64,000 bases of DNA from Mobula hypostoma (lineage: Eukaryota), in the NCBI RefSeq assembly GCF_963921235.1, contig NC_086097.1:241678001-241742000 (forward strand). The letters are read 5' to 3'. Each line of letters opens with the position of its first letter. Position 1 is the stretch's first letter. The notes below the pieces were generated by a model. The model searched no databases. It saw only the letters and a program-made list of their open reading frames with translations, and was not told where the DNA came from. This document shows positions 36,140-47,407 of this stretch, in pieces. The translations under genes and the position numbers were made by a program.

Positions 36140-36309
36140 TAAGGCATACGGGGCGAGATATATCAGCTAAGGCATACGGGGCGAGATATATCAGCTAAGG
36201 CATACAGGGGCGAGATATATCAGCTAAGGCATACAGGGGCGAGATATATCAGCTAAGGCATACGGGGCGAGATATATCAGCTAAGGCATACGGGGCGAGA
36301 TATATCAGC
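36140..36309 (+). repeat. Six tandem 28/29-bp units taaggcatac(a)ggggcgagatatatcagc
   Basis: Unit lengths 28, 28, 29, 29, 28, 28; no spacers. Confidence 0.97.
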
Positions 36310-36832
36310 TAGATCAGTGGTGCTGCAGAAACAACCTTGTGCTCATTGTCAGTAAGACCAAAAAGCTGATTGTGGACTTCAGAGAGGGTAAGAGGAGGGA
36401 AGACACGCCAGTCCTCATAGAGAGATCAGAAGTGGAAAGAGAGAGCAGTTTCAAGTTCCCGGGTGTCAACATCTCTCAGAATCTATCCTGGGCCCAACAT
36501 GTCGATGCATTTACAAAGAAGACACGACAGTGGCTATATTTCACTCAGAGTTGGGGAGATTTGGTACGTCACCAAAATCACTTGAAAATTTCTACAGATG
36601 TACCGTGCAGAGCGTTTTAACTGGCTGCATCACCACCTGGTATGGAGGGGCCACTGCACGGGATCAGAAAAAGCTGCAGAAAGTTATAAACTCGGGCACT
36701 AGCCTCCCAGCATTCAGGACACCTTCAAGGAGCAATGCCTCAAAAAGGCAGCGTCCATCATTAAGGACCCCCGTCACCCAGGACATGCCCTCTTCTCATT
36801 CCTACCATCAGGGAAGAGGTACAGGAGCCTGA
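36282..36832 (+). mobile_element. Rex1/Babar LINE fragment
   Basis: AYGARYISxDQWCCRNNL...KTKKLIVDFR; FYRCTVQSVLTGCITTWYG; homologous to 26500-27900. Confidence 0.88.
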
Positions 36833-37164
36833 ATATGAATCACTGATATCTGCCAGTGATATTAAGCCTAATTCTGATTCTTCACTTAATTTGCCCGTTG
36901 CCATCTCCACAAATTGATGCTCCTTCATGATAAAAAAAATCTGCAAGTCAGTCTTGAAAGCTGAAATTTCCCTCATAGCCACAAGCTTCTTAAATAAACA
37001 TTGATATTATTAAAGTGTTATATCCCCAGTGAAACCAGCCTTGGGGATGGCCCAGAGCAATTTACAGCCAGAAGTACAGTTGGAATCCAGTCACTGCCGT
37101 AATGTAAACCTGACAGCCCATTTGCACACAGTAAAGAGTCCAGAACAGCAATGTGATAATGACT

Positions 37165-37600
37165 GCATACATCATCATCATTATGTGCCGTGCCGTGTCG
37201 TATGACAGGGGCGATCATGCTCTTCCATCTGTCTTTAATCTGAGAAGTTGTAATCCATGACCATGATTGTTCTTGGCAAATGTTCTGCTGAAGTGGCTTG
37301 CCATTGCCTTCTTCTGGGCAGTGTCTTTACAAAATGCCTAACCCCGGCCATTATCAAAACCCTTCAGAGATTATCTGCCTGGCGTCAGTGGTCGCATAAC
37401 CAGGACTTGTGTTATGCACCAGCTGCTCATACAACCATCCACCACCTGCTCCCATGGCTTCACGTGACCCTGATCAGGGGGAGGTGGGGAGGGGGGGGGT
37501 TGCTAAGCAGGTGTCACACCTTGCCCAAGGGTAACCTGCAGAGGGAAGGAGCACCTTACACCTTCCTTGGTAGCAAAGTATCTCCACCCCACCACCCTGT
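37165..37600 (-). mobile_element. RTE-derived non-autonomous retroposon
   Basis: Reverse-complement homologue of 33560-33941; (ATG)n tail. Confidence 0.7.
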
Positions 37601-37719
37601 AGTATATATATGTATACTAGAAAAAAATCCAAAAATATGTAATATAGCACATATGTACAATACAAAAGTCTGAAACATGTAGCACAAAGCTCAAGAACAG
37701 CTTGTGCCCTATTGTTATA

Positions 37720-38291
37720 TAGAAACATAGAAACATAGAAACATAGAATATAGGTGCAGGAGTAGGCCATTCGGCCCTTCGAGCCTGCACCGCCATTTAT
37801 TATGATCATGGCTGATCATCCAACTCAGAACCCCGCCCCAGCCTTCCCTCCATACCCCCTGACCCCCGTAGCCACAAGGGCCATATCTAACTCCCTCTTA
37901 AATATAGCCAATGAACTGGTTTCAACTGTTTCCCGTGGCAGAGAATTCCACAGATTCACCACTCTCTGTGTGAAGAAGTTTTTCCTAACCTCGGTCCTAA
38001 AAGGCTTCCCCTCTATCCTCAAACTGTGACCCCTCGTTCTGGACTTCCCCAACATCGGGAACAATCTTCCTGCATCTAGCCTGTCCAATCCCTTTAGGAT
38101 TTTATACGTTTCAATCAGATCCCCCCTCAATCTTCTGAATTCCAACGAGTACAAGCCCAGTTCATCCAGTCTTTCTTCATATGAAAGTCCTGCCATCCTA
38201 GGAATCAATCTGGTGAACCTTCTTTGTACTCCCTCTATGGCAAGGATGTCTTTCCTCAGATTAGGGGACCAAAACTGCACACAATACTCCA
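37720..38291 (-). mobile_element. Young CR1 3' fragment
   Basis: ORF 37825-38463 from EYCVQFWSP onward; tail (TTTCTATG)n. Confidence 0.93.
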
Positions 38292-38744
38292 TATATATAT
38301 ATATATAACTATCGTAGAGTTCCCTAATATGATAACATGAACTCTTAAGCTCACAATCCACCTCATTATGACTATGCACCTTATTGTCTACCAGAACTGG
38401 ACTTTCTCTGCAACATAGAAAATGGAACATACAACATAGGACTGTACAGCTCCTTGTGTCCACAATGTTACTACCTCCTCCAAGTTCAATCTAACTCTTC
38501 CCTCCCACATAGCTTTTCATTCTTCTTATCTAAGTCACCTAAATGTCCCTAACTTTATCATTTTTCAATGCCAACCCTGGCTGTGTGTTCCTTTTATCTA
38601 TCACTTTCTATGTAGAAAACCTGCCTCTGATCTGTCTATTCTTTCTTTTAATCACCTTAAAATTAGGCCCTCCCATATTAACTATTTCTATCCTGGGACA
38701 AAAGCATGGCTGTGCACACTATCTATGCCTCTTATCACCTTATA

Positions 38745-38815
38745 CAATACGTGCAAAAGTCTTAGGCACATATATATACAGCAGCTTGGGTACCTAAGAC
38801 TTTTCCACAGTACTG
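38745..38815. mobile_element. Palindromic Tc1/mariner-type mini-MITE
   Basis: TIR about cagtactgtgcaaaagtcttaggcac with TA flanks; copies at 39263-39324, 60220-60287 and 60395-60465. Confidence 0.75.
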
Positions 38816-39262
38816 TATTTGTCAACATGAAGTGGAGAAGGAGTTTGCAAACCTGGCCAGAGCAAAGCCAGCATCTGCAGAATTCCTCGTGTTTACAAAG
38901 CAAAGAATGTTGGGAATGGCAAGGGTGGGGCACCACTAGAGGGATGTGGGACAGGTGGCAGAGAAGGAGTGCCAGGGACAGGGAGGGGTGGCCCAGGTGC
39001 AGACACACCCAGCCCTGAGACATCAGACAAGGTCATTTGAAACAATTGGTTTATTGATTATTACAGAATGTCTCTCTGGTGCTTCCTGCTCCCTCCCCTC
39101 TCCCTTCCCTTTTTCCCAACCATGATTCCCCTCTCTCTGCCCCCTTCCCACTCTCAGTCCATAATAGAGACCCATATCAGAATCAGGTTTATCATCACTC
39201 AAATATGCAATGAAATTTGTTCTTGTTGCTGCAGCAGTACTGTGCAATATATAAAATTACTA

Positions 39263-39324
39263 CAGTCCTGTGCAAAAGTCTTGGACACCCTACTATAGGT
39301 GTCTAAGGCTTTTGCACAGTACTA
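39263..39324. mobile_element. Palindromic mini-MITE
   Basis: cagtcctgtgcaaaagtcttggacacc...ggtgtctaaggcttttgcacagtact with TA flanks. Confidence 0.75.
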
Positions 39325-39332
39325 TATACCTT

Positions 39333-39629
39333 GCGTTGGCACATGGCCAAGTGGTTAAGGTGTCGGTCTAGTGATCTGAAGGTTACTAGTTCGAGCCTCA
39401 GCTGAGACAGTGTGTTGTGTCCTTGAGCAAGGCACTTAACCACACATGGCTCTGTGACGACACCGGTGCCAAGCTGTATCGGCCCTAGTGCCCTTCCCTT
39501 GAACAGCATCGGTGGCGTGGAGAGGGGAGACCTGCAGCATGGGCAACTGCTGGTCTTCCATACAACTTTGCCCAGGCTTGCACCCTGGAAACCTTCCATG
39601 GTCTCACAAGACTAACAGATGCCTATAAA
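39333..39629 (+). mobile_element. tRNA-derived SINE with RTE-type 3' module
   Basis: A box TGGCCAAGTGG (39344-39354), B box AGTTCGAGCC (39388-39397); TSD atacctt (39326-39332, 39630-39636). Confidence 0.85.
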
Positions 39630-39969
39630 ATACCTTTATCAAGTCATCTCTGAATAACACTTTATTCTGCATTCTGTTATTGTTTTACCTTGTACTACTT
39701 CAATGCACTGTAGAATGAATTGATCTTTTATGAACAGTGTTCAAGTTAAGTGTTTACTGTACCTCAGTACATGTAACAATAATAAACCAATTTACCAGTT
39801 TGGACACGACACTTGCTATGTACTGTGTGGGACTTGTAAGCACTACAAATTACACTATTACACAAAATTACACCATTTGTAAGCTGCAACATATGGATTC
39901 GCAACTGAAATCAGGGGAGTTAATAGCAGAACATTTATCAAACTGATTAAAAGCAAGGGTGTACTGCCG

Positions 39970-40535
39970 GGGCTTTAAAAGACATAGGTCAGACAACATT
40001 TGGAATATTGTGAGCAATTTTGTGCCCCATATCTAATGGAATATGTACTGCCCAGCGCAGTGTCACAAGGACAATCCTGGGAATGAAAGCCTTAATGCAT
40101 GAGGAGCATGTGATGGCTCCACACTAGTACTCGCTGGAATTCGGAAGAATGAGGGGGTTATCCTTGAAAACTACCAATACCACAAGGCCTGAACAGAGTG
40201 GACACATGGAGCAGACATTTCCATTAGTCGGAGAGTCTAAGATCTGAGAGCACAATCTCAGCATAAAAGGATGTCACTTTAAAACTGAGATGAGGAAGAA
40301 TTTCTCCAGCCAGAAGGAACAGAATCTGTGGAATTTATTGCCACAGATGGCTATGGAGGCCAAGTTATTGGGGGCATTTTAAAACAGAGATTGATAGGTT
40401 CTTGATTAGTAAGATTAATGGCGACATGAAAAAGGCAGGAGAGTGGAGCTGAGAAAAAACTCAAGCCATGATTGAATAGTAGAGTAAATTCGTTAAGTCA
40501 AAGGCCAAATTCTGCCCTTATGTCCTATTGTCTAA
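39970..40535 (+). mobile_element. Degraded CR1 3' fragment
   Basis: ttggaatattgtgagcaattttgtgcccc through the 3' UTR. Confidence 0.75.
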
Positions 40536-40708
40536 AACAGGAGAAAGGGTAGCAGATAGTTACTCTGAGAAATGGGAGATAATGGTGTAGAGAGATCACT
40601 GTTCAGGCCATTGTTGATCACAATATACATAAATTGTGACTATTATTTAATATTGCACTAATGACTTAATTTATATTAAATAAATGCTAGTATTAGACTC
40701 CATGGTTG

Positions 40709-42380
40709 ACACAAGAAATTCTGCAGATGCTGGAAATCCAAAGCAATGCACACAAAATGCTGGAGGAACTCAGCAGATCAGGCAGCATCTGTGAAAACTA
40801 ATAAACAGTTGACATTTTAGGTCGAGACCTTCTTCAGGACTGGGAAGAAAGGGAGATGACGCCAATATAAAAAGGTGAGGGGAAGGGAAGGAGGATAGCT
40901 AGAAAGTGATAGGTGAAGCCAGGTGGGTGGGAAAGGTAAATGGCTGGAGAGGAAAGTGGCCATAACAGAAAGGGAAGGAGGAGGGGACCCAGGGGGAGGT
41001 GATAGACAGGTGAGAAGAAGAGGTAAAAGGCCAGAGTGGGGAATAAAAGAAGAGGGAAGGGGGGATTTTTTTTTACCGGAAGGAGAAATAGATACCATGC
41101 CATCAGATAGGAGGCTACCCAGGTGGAATATATCACTGTGTCACAAGAGGAGGCCATGGACCGACATGTCAGAACAGAAATGGAAACCAATATTAAGATG
41201 TTTGACCACCAGGACGTTTCGCTTTTGGCAGATGAAGCGCTCCCCCCAATTTACAACAGATCTCACCAATGTAGAGAAGGTCACTTCGTGAACACCAGAC
41301 ACAACAATTGACCCCAGCAGATTCTCAGGTGAAGTGTTGCCTCACCTGGAAAGACTTTTGTGGCCCTGAATAGAGGTGAGGGAGGAGGTGAACAGGTCTC
41401 TTACAGCAATAGGTGCCGGGAGGGAAGGATGAATGGACAAGGAATCATAGAGGGAGCGATCCCTGTGGAAAATGGGGGTGGGGAGGGTAAGAATATGTTT
41501 AGTGGAGGATCAGGTGCGTAAAAATGGCACAAGGATCACTGGGGACCCGAGTCACCCCAATCACAAACTGTTCCAGCTGCTACCATCTGGGAAACGGTAC
41601 CGCAGCATAAAAGCCAGGACCAACAGACTCCGGGACAACTTCTTCCACCAGGCCATCGGACTGATTAATTCACGCTGATACAATTGTATTTCTATGTTAT
41701 ATTGACCGTCCTATCGTACATACTATTTATTACAAATTACTATAAATTGCACACTGCACATACAGATGGAGACGTAACGTAAAGATTTTTACTCCTCATG
41801 TATTTGAAGGATGTAAAATATAAAGTCAGTTCAATTCAATTCACTTTGGAGATGGTGGAAGTTGTGGAGGATGATGTGCTGAACATGGAGGCTTATGGGC
41901 TGGTAGGTAAGGACAAGAGGAACTCTATCACTGTTAAGGTGGTGGGAAGATTGGGTGAGTGCAGATGTTTGGGAAATGGAGGAGATGAGGGTGAGGACAG
42001 CATCAATGATGAGGGAAGGAAAACCCCGTTCTTTGAAGAATGAGGACATCTCTGATGTCCTGGGAAAGAAAATCTCATCCTGGGAACAGATGCGGCAGAA
42101 ACGAGGGAACTGCGAAAAGGGAATAGCATTTTTACAGAACACAGGTTGGGAAGAGGTATAATCAAGATAACTGTGGGAATCGATAAATTTATAAAAGATA
42201 TTGGTTGATGGTTTGTCTCCAGAGATGGAGAGAGAGGGAGGGAGGAAGAAAGGGGAGATAGGTCTCAGAAATGGACCAAAATTGACCTTAAGAGAAGAGT
42301 GGAAGTTGGAGGCAATGTTGATGAAAATGATGAGCTCAATATTGGTGTATGAAGCAGTACCGATGCAGTTGTCAATGGTT
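40709..42380 (-). mobile_element. Decayed Penelope-like element (RT thumb, GIY-YIG remnant, pLTR with hammerhead), split by Rex1
   Basis: ORF 41831-42385 FYK..DSHSYLDYTSS.P..CKNAIPFSQF.R..RICS...RVPLVLTY; LYIGE at about 41260-41280; degenerate hammerhead at 40806-40842. Confidence 0.88.
41514..41843 (+). mobile_element. Rex1 3' fragment
   Basis: DPSHPNHKLFQLLPSGKRYRSIKARTNRLRDNFF; (TTCAA)n tail. Confidence 0.88.
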
Positions 42381-43371
42381 AACACAAATTATTTGGGAAG
42401 TGGAGTAAGGGTGATCTTTAATAGCTAATACTAAGAAGGATTGGAAATTTCAATAATGCGCATACATTCACAAAATTAGCATATAAAGGCTAAGTGAATT
42501 TGATGTGGTCTATATTCTGGGAGAAGGATTAAGGTATTGGGAAAATAAGAGCGTAAATGGTGAAGGCTTACAAAGGAATTTGTGAATCTGTATTGTATGA
42601 ATCAAGGGGAAAGATTTACAACACAGCAAAAAAGTGAATTAACAAAATTCTTACGAGTGTAATGGAGTTCATTTATACTGAATTTATATGGAAGTGTCAA
42701 GTACAATACCATCATGGGTTCAATAATTACCATACTCTACTTTTCAATCAGTCAAAAATCCAAATGGTTCAGCATGTGGCTAACCACTTGGGTGGGTGGG
42801 TGGGAGCTGTTGTTGTTTTGCCACTTGTTGTGCTTTGCGTTGTTCTGCTGGACATGATGAGCCATGCCATACTGGCAGCAGAATGTGTGGTGATATTCGT
42901 GGGCTGCCCCGAGCACGTCCTTAGGTTGTGTTGATTGTTAACATTGATGATACATTTCACCGTATGTTACAATGTACATGTGGTAAATAAATGAATCTGA
43001 ATCTGAATACTGGAGTTCAGTCGCGATGCATTTAGGTAGAAAAGCCAAGTAGAATATAGTTCTGGCTACTCTAATTACAGTAAAACTACAATAATCCTCT
43101 TTCCAATTGTTCAAAAATCGAAATTGTTCAGCATTTGTCAAGCTCCCTGTTCAATCGAAGATTGACAATTTAGTACTGTCACAATTTAGTATTTGCAGGA
43201 AAAGCCACGGAATCTCAGAAGCTCTATGGCAAAGAAAAATGCAAAGAAACTACCACAGAAAGCGGTAGATACAGCCTAGTCCATTGCAGGCAAAGTCCTC
43301 CCCACACATTTACAAACAGCGCTGCCACAAAAAGTCTGAATCCATTATCAAAGAACCCATGCTCTCTTCTC

Positions 43372-44942
43372 TTTCTTTCTTTTTCAATCTTTTTGTTAGT
43401 TTCATAAAATATAAATGTAAGATAGCAATAATACAAATAGTTGGAGATACATTGTTGTACTTAAAATGAGTAATTATAAGACCAAATAGTATAAATTGAC
43501 AAAACCCCCAATCGTGTAGGATAAAAATGAATAGTACAGGACAAAAAAACTGAAGAAAAATCATGAAAAAGAAAAAAAAATAGAAAGAAAAACAAACCCC
43601 ACCCCAAAAAAAAACTAAACTAAACAGAATTAGTCAACTAAACTAAAAGACTTGGGCAATTCTAACAACGTAAAAATGGAAGAGAAGAAAACCTTATTGT
43701 CGACGACTCCATTCCTCTCAACCAACAGTACAGAGAAATAAAATAAGTTTGGAAATGGTCAAATTACATCATATGAAAATGCTGAATGAATGGCCTCCAA
43801 GTTTTTTCAAATTTAATGGAAGGGTCATAAACCGCACTTCTAATTTTTTCCAAATTCAAACACAACATAGTTTGTGAAAACCAGTGAAATACAGTAGGAG
43901 GGTTAATCTCTTTCCAATTCAGCAAAATGGATCTTCTAGTCATTAAAGTAAGAAATGCAATCATCCGGCATGCTGAAGAGGTTAAATAATTTGAGTCTAT
44001 CATTGGTAATCCAAAAATAGCAGTAATTGGATGAGGTTGTAAGTCTGTATTCAAAACCGTTGAAATAATATCAAAAATATCTTTCCAATATTTTTCCAAC
44101 AAAGGACATGACCAAAACATGCTATCTCAAAATGACATCTATCACATATAGGATTAATATAAGAATAATAACGAGATAGTTTATCTTTGGACATATGAAC
44201 CCTGTGCACTACTTTAAACTGTATCAACACATGTTTAGCACATATAAAGGATGAATTAATCAATTGAAGAATTTTTTCCCATTTTTCAACCGGTATAATA
44301 ATCTTAAGTTCTCTTTCCCAATCAGCTTTAATTTTATTGGAAACATCAGGACATAAATTCATAATTATATTATAAATAATTGCTACAAAACTTTTCTGAG
44401 AGAGATTTAGCTCTAAAATTTTTTCCAAAGTATCCATTGGATATGAGTGTGGAAAATTAGGAGAAACAGTAATTAAAAAGTTTCTAATCTGTAGATATTT
44501 AAAAAAGTGAGATCTGGGTAAGTTATATTTATTAGAAAGTTGATCAAAAGACGTAAAACAATTATCCAAAAATAAATCACGAAAATGTACTATACCTTTG
44601 GTTTTCCAATCAAAGTAAGCTTGATCCATAATGGAAGGTTGAAAACGGAAATTAAATATAATAGGACTTGCTAAAATAAATTGATTAAACCCAAAAAATC
44701 TTCAAAATTGAAACCATATATGTAGAGTATGCTGAACTATTGGATTATTCATTTGTTTATACAATTTAGAAGAAGTAAAAAGAAGCGAAGTTCCTAAAAC
44801 CGAACCCAAAGAAAACCCTTGTAATGAATTACATTCAAGATTTACCCACTGTGGATTTAAAGATACATCCAAATCTCGTAACCAAAATTTTAAATATCGA
44901 ATATTAATTGCCCAATAATAAAATCTAAAATTCGGGAGGGCG
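43372..44942 (-). mobile_element. Fish-type L1/Tx1 3' fragment inserted in a Rex1 remnant (about 43230-45130, +)
   Basis: LPNFRFYYWA, QFKVVHR, CDRC..MFWSC; GA-rich tail; TSD ctcttctc (43364-43371, 44943-44950). Confidence 0.88.
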
Positions 44943-45526
44943 CTCTTCTCACTACTACAATCAGGCAGGAGGTACCGGAGCCTTAAGTTCCACACCACCA
45001 GGTTCAGGAACAGCTACGACATTTTAGCCTTTAGATTCCTGAACCATTGTGGATAACTTCACTCACCTCAACTCTGAGCCAATTCCACAACTTACAGACT
45101 CACTTTCCAAGGACTCCACAACTCACGTTCGAAATTCAAACTAGATTTCAAATTAAATTTATTATTGAAGTACATATATGTCACCATGTATGACCCTGAT
45201 ATTCATTTTCTTGTGGGCATACTCAACAGAATAATAACCATAACAGAATCAGTGAAAGACTGCCCAGCTTGGGTGTTCAACCAGAATACAAAATGAAAGA
45301 AGTAATAATAATAAATAAGTAAGCAATAAATATCAAGAACATGAGATGAAGAGTCCTTGAAAGTCAATCCACAGGTTGTGGGAACTTTTCAATGATGAAG
45401 CGAAGTTACCCATTCTGGTTCAAGAGCCTAATATTTGAGGGGTAATAACTGTTACTGAACTTGGTACTGCGAGTCCTGAGGCTCCTGTCCCCTCTTCCTG
45501 ATGGCAGCATTGAGAAGAGAGCATGA

Positions 45527-46386
45527 CCATATAACTATATAACCATATAACAATTACAGCACGGAAACAGGCCATCTCGGTCCTTCTAGTCCATGCCGAA
45601 CTCCTACTCTCACCTAGTCCCTCCGACCTGCACTCAGCCCATAACCCTCCATTCCTTTCCTGTCCATCTATCTATCCAATTTAACTTTAAACGACAACAT
45701 CGTACCTGCCTCAACCACTTCTGCTGGAAGCTCGTTCCACACAGCTACCACTCTCTGAGTAAAGAAGTTCCCCCTCATGTTACCCCTAAACTTTTGTCCT
45801 TTAACTCTCAACTCATGTCCTCTTGTTTGAATCTTCCCCACTCTCAATGGAAAAAGCCTATCCACGTCAACTCTATCAATCCCCCTCATAATTTTAAACA
45901 CTTCCATCAAGCCCCCCTCAACCTTCTACGCTCCAAAGAATAAAGACCTAACTTGTTCAACCTTTCTCTGCAACTTAGGAGATGAAACCCAGGCAACATT
46001 TTAGTAAACCTCCTCTGTACTCTCTCAATTTTATTGACATTTTTCCTATAACTTGGTGACCAGAACTGTACACAATACTCCAGATTTGGCCTTACCAATG
46101 CCTTGTACAATTTCAACATTACATCCCAACTCTTATACTCAATGCTCTGATTAATAAAGGCCAGCATACCAAAAGCTTTCTCCACCACCCTATCCACATG
46201 AGATTCCACCTTCAGGGAACTATGCGCCATTATTCCTAGATCCTTCTGTTCTACTGCATTCTTCAATGCCCTACCATTTACCATGTATGTCCTATTTTGA
46301 TTAGTCCTACCAAAATGTAGCCCCTCACATTTATCAGCATTAAACTGCATCTGCCATCTTTCAGCCCACTCTTCTAACTGGCCTAA
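45527..46386 (-). mobile_element. CR1 3' fragment (subfamily of 824-6448) inside a Rex1-like remnant
   Basis: ORFs 45668-45910 and 45907-46446; (GTTATATG)n tail; atgac duplication. Confidence 0.9.
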
Positions 46387-46994
46387 ATGACTTGGGTGGT
46401 GAGGGCCCCTGGCGATGGATCCTGCTTTCCTCCGACAACATTTCATGCAGGTGTGTTCTTTTATCTTTTATTTGATCAATTTATCTTCATTTGCAAACTA
46501 TTTGTTCATCAGTCTTTGTTTATGTACAGTTCTTCATAAATTCCAATGTATTTCTTTATTTTCCTGCAAATGCCTGCAAGAAAAAGAATGTCAGGGTTGT
46601 ATATGGTGACATAAGTGTACTTGGATAATAATAAATTTACTTTCACTTTGAAGAGGAGGCAATCCATGTCCATACTCGCTTCTGTCAGATCACTACCTTT
46701 CTCTTTCTCCTCCCGTCTGCAAATTATTCCCTCTCATATCCCTTTGTAGTTCTTTTTTGAAAGCCCTGACTCTGTTTCCAACAGCCTTTGGCGCACAATT
46801 TCCACAACATAACCAACCCCTGCACAAAACCTCCCTCTCACATCCACTATGTCTGCCGCCCATCACTTCAATTTTGTATTCTTGACCCTTTAATCATCTG
46901 CTGATGGGAATATTGTTTTTCTATGCACCCAACCTCAGCCAGTAGCGATCTTGTACACCTTCATGGTAGAGTTTTATGAGGCACTAGAATGTTG

Positions 46995-47260
46995 GAGTGG
47001 CATGGTAGCTTAAGCACAGCGCCTTACAGTACCGGCGGGCAGGGTTCAATTCCCGCCGCTGCCTGTAATGAGTTTGTACGTTCTCCCCGTGACTGCGTGG
47101 GTTTCCTCCGACAGAACAAAGGTGTACCGGTTGGTAGGTTAATTGGTCATTGTAAATAGCCCCGTGATTAAGCTAGGATTAAGTTGGAGGATTGATTGCT
47201 GGGCGGTGCAGATCAAAGGGCTGGAAGGGCCTATTCCACGCTGTATCTCAATAAATATAT
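46995..47260 (+). mobile_element. V-type SINE
   Basis: B box gggttcaattcc; tgcgtgggtttcctccg box. Confidence 0.7.
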
Positions 47261-47407
47261 ACATAGATAAATGCTTGTCGCCGTACTATGGGAAGGATGT
47301 AACTGCATTGGAGAGGAGATTCTACAAGACCATAGGACATGGGAGCAGAATTAGGCCATTCAGCCCATTGAGTCTGCCCTGCCATTCCATCAGAGCTGAT
47401 TTATTTC

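Noticed and set aside
36140..36309. CRISPR-like 28-29 bp repeat array
   Set aside because: Units are directly adjacent with no spacers, derive from Rex1 RT sequence, and there are no cas genes in this vertebrate context.
39333..39410. tRNA gene
   Set aside because: A and B boxes continue into a SINE body with TSDs; no convincing cloverleaf.
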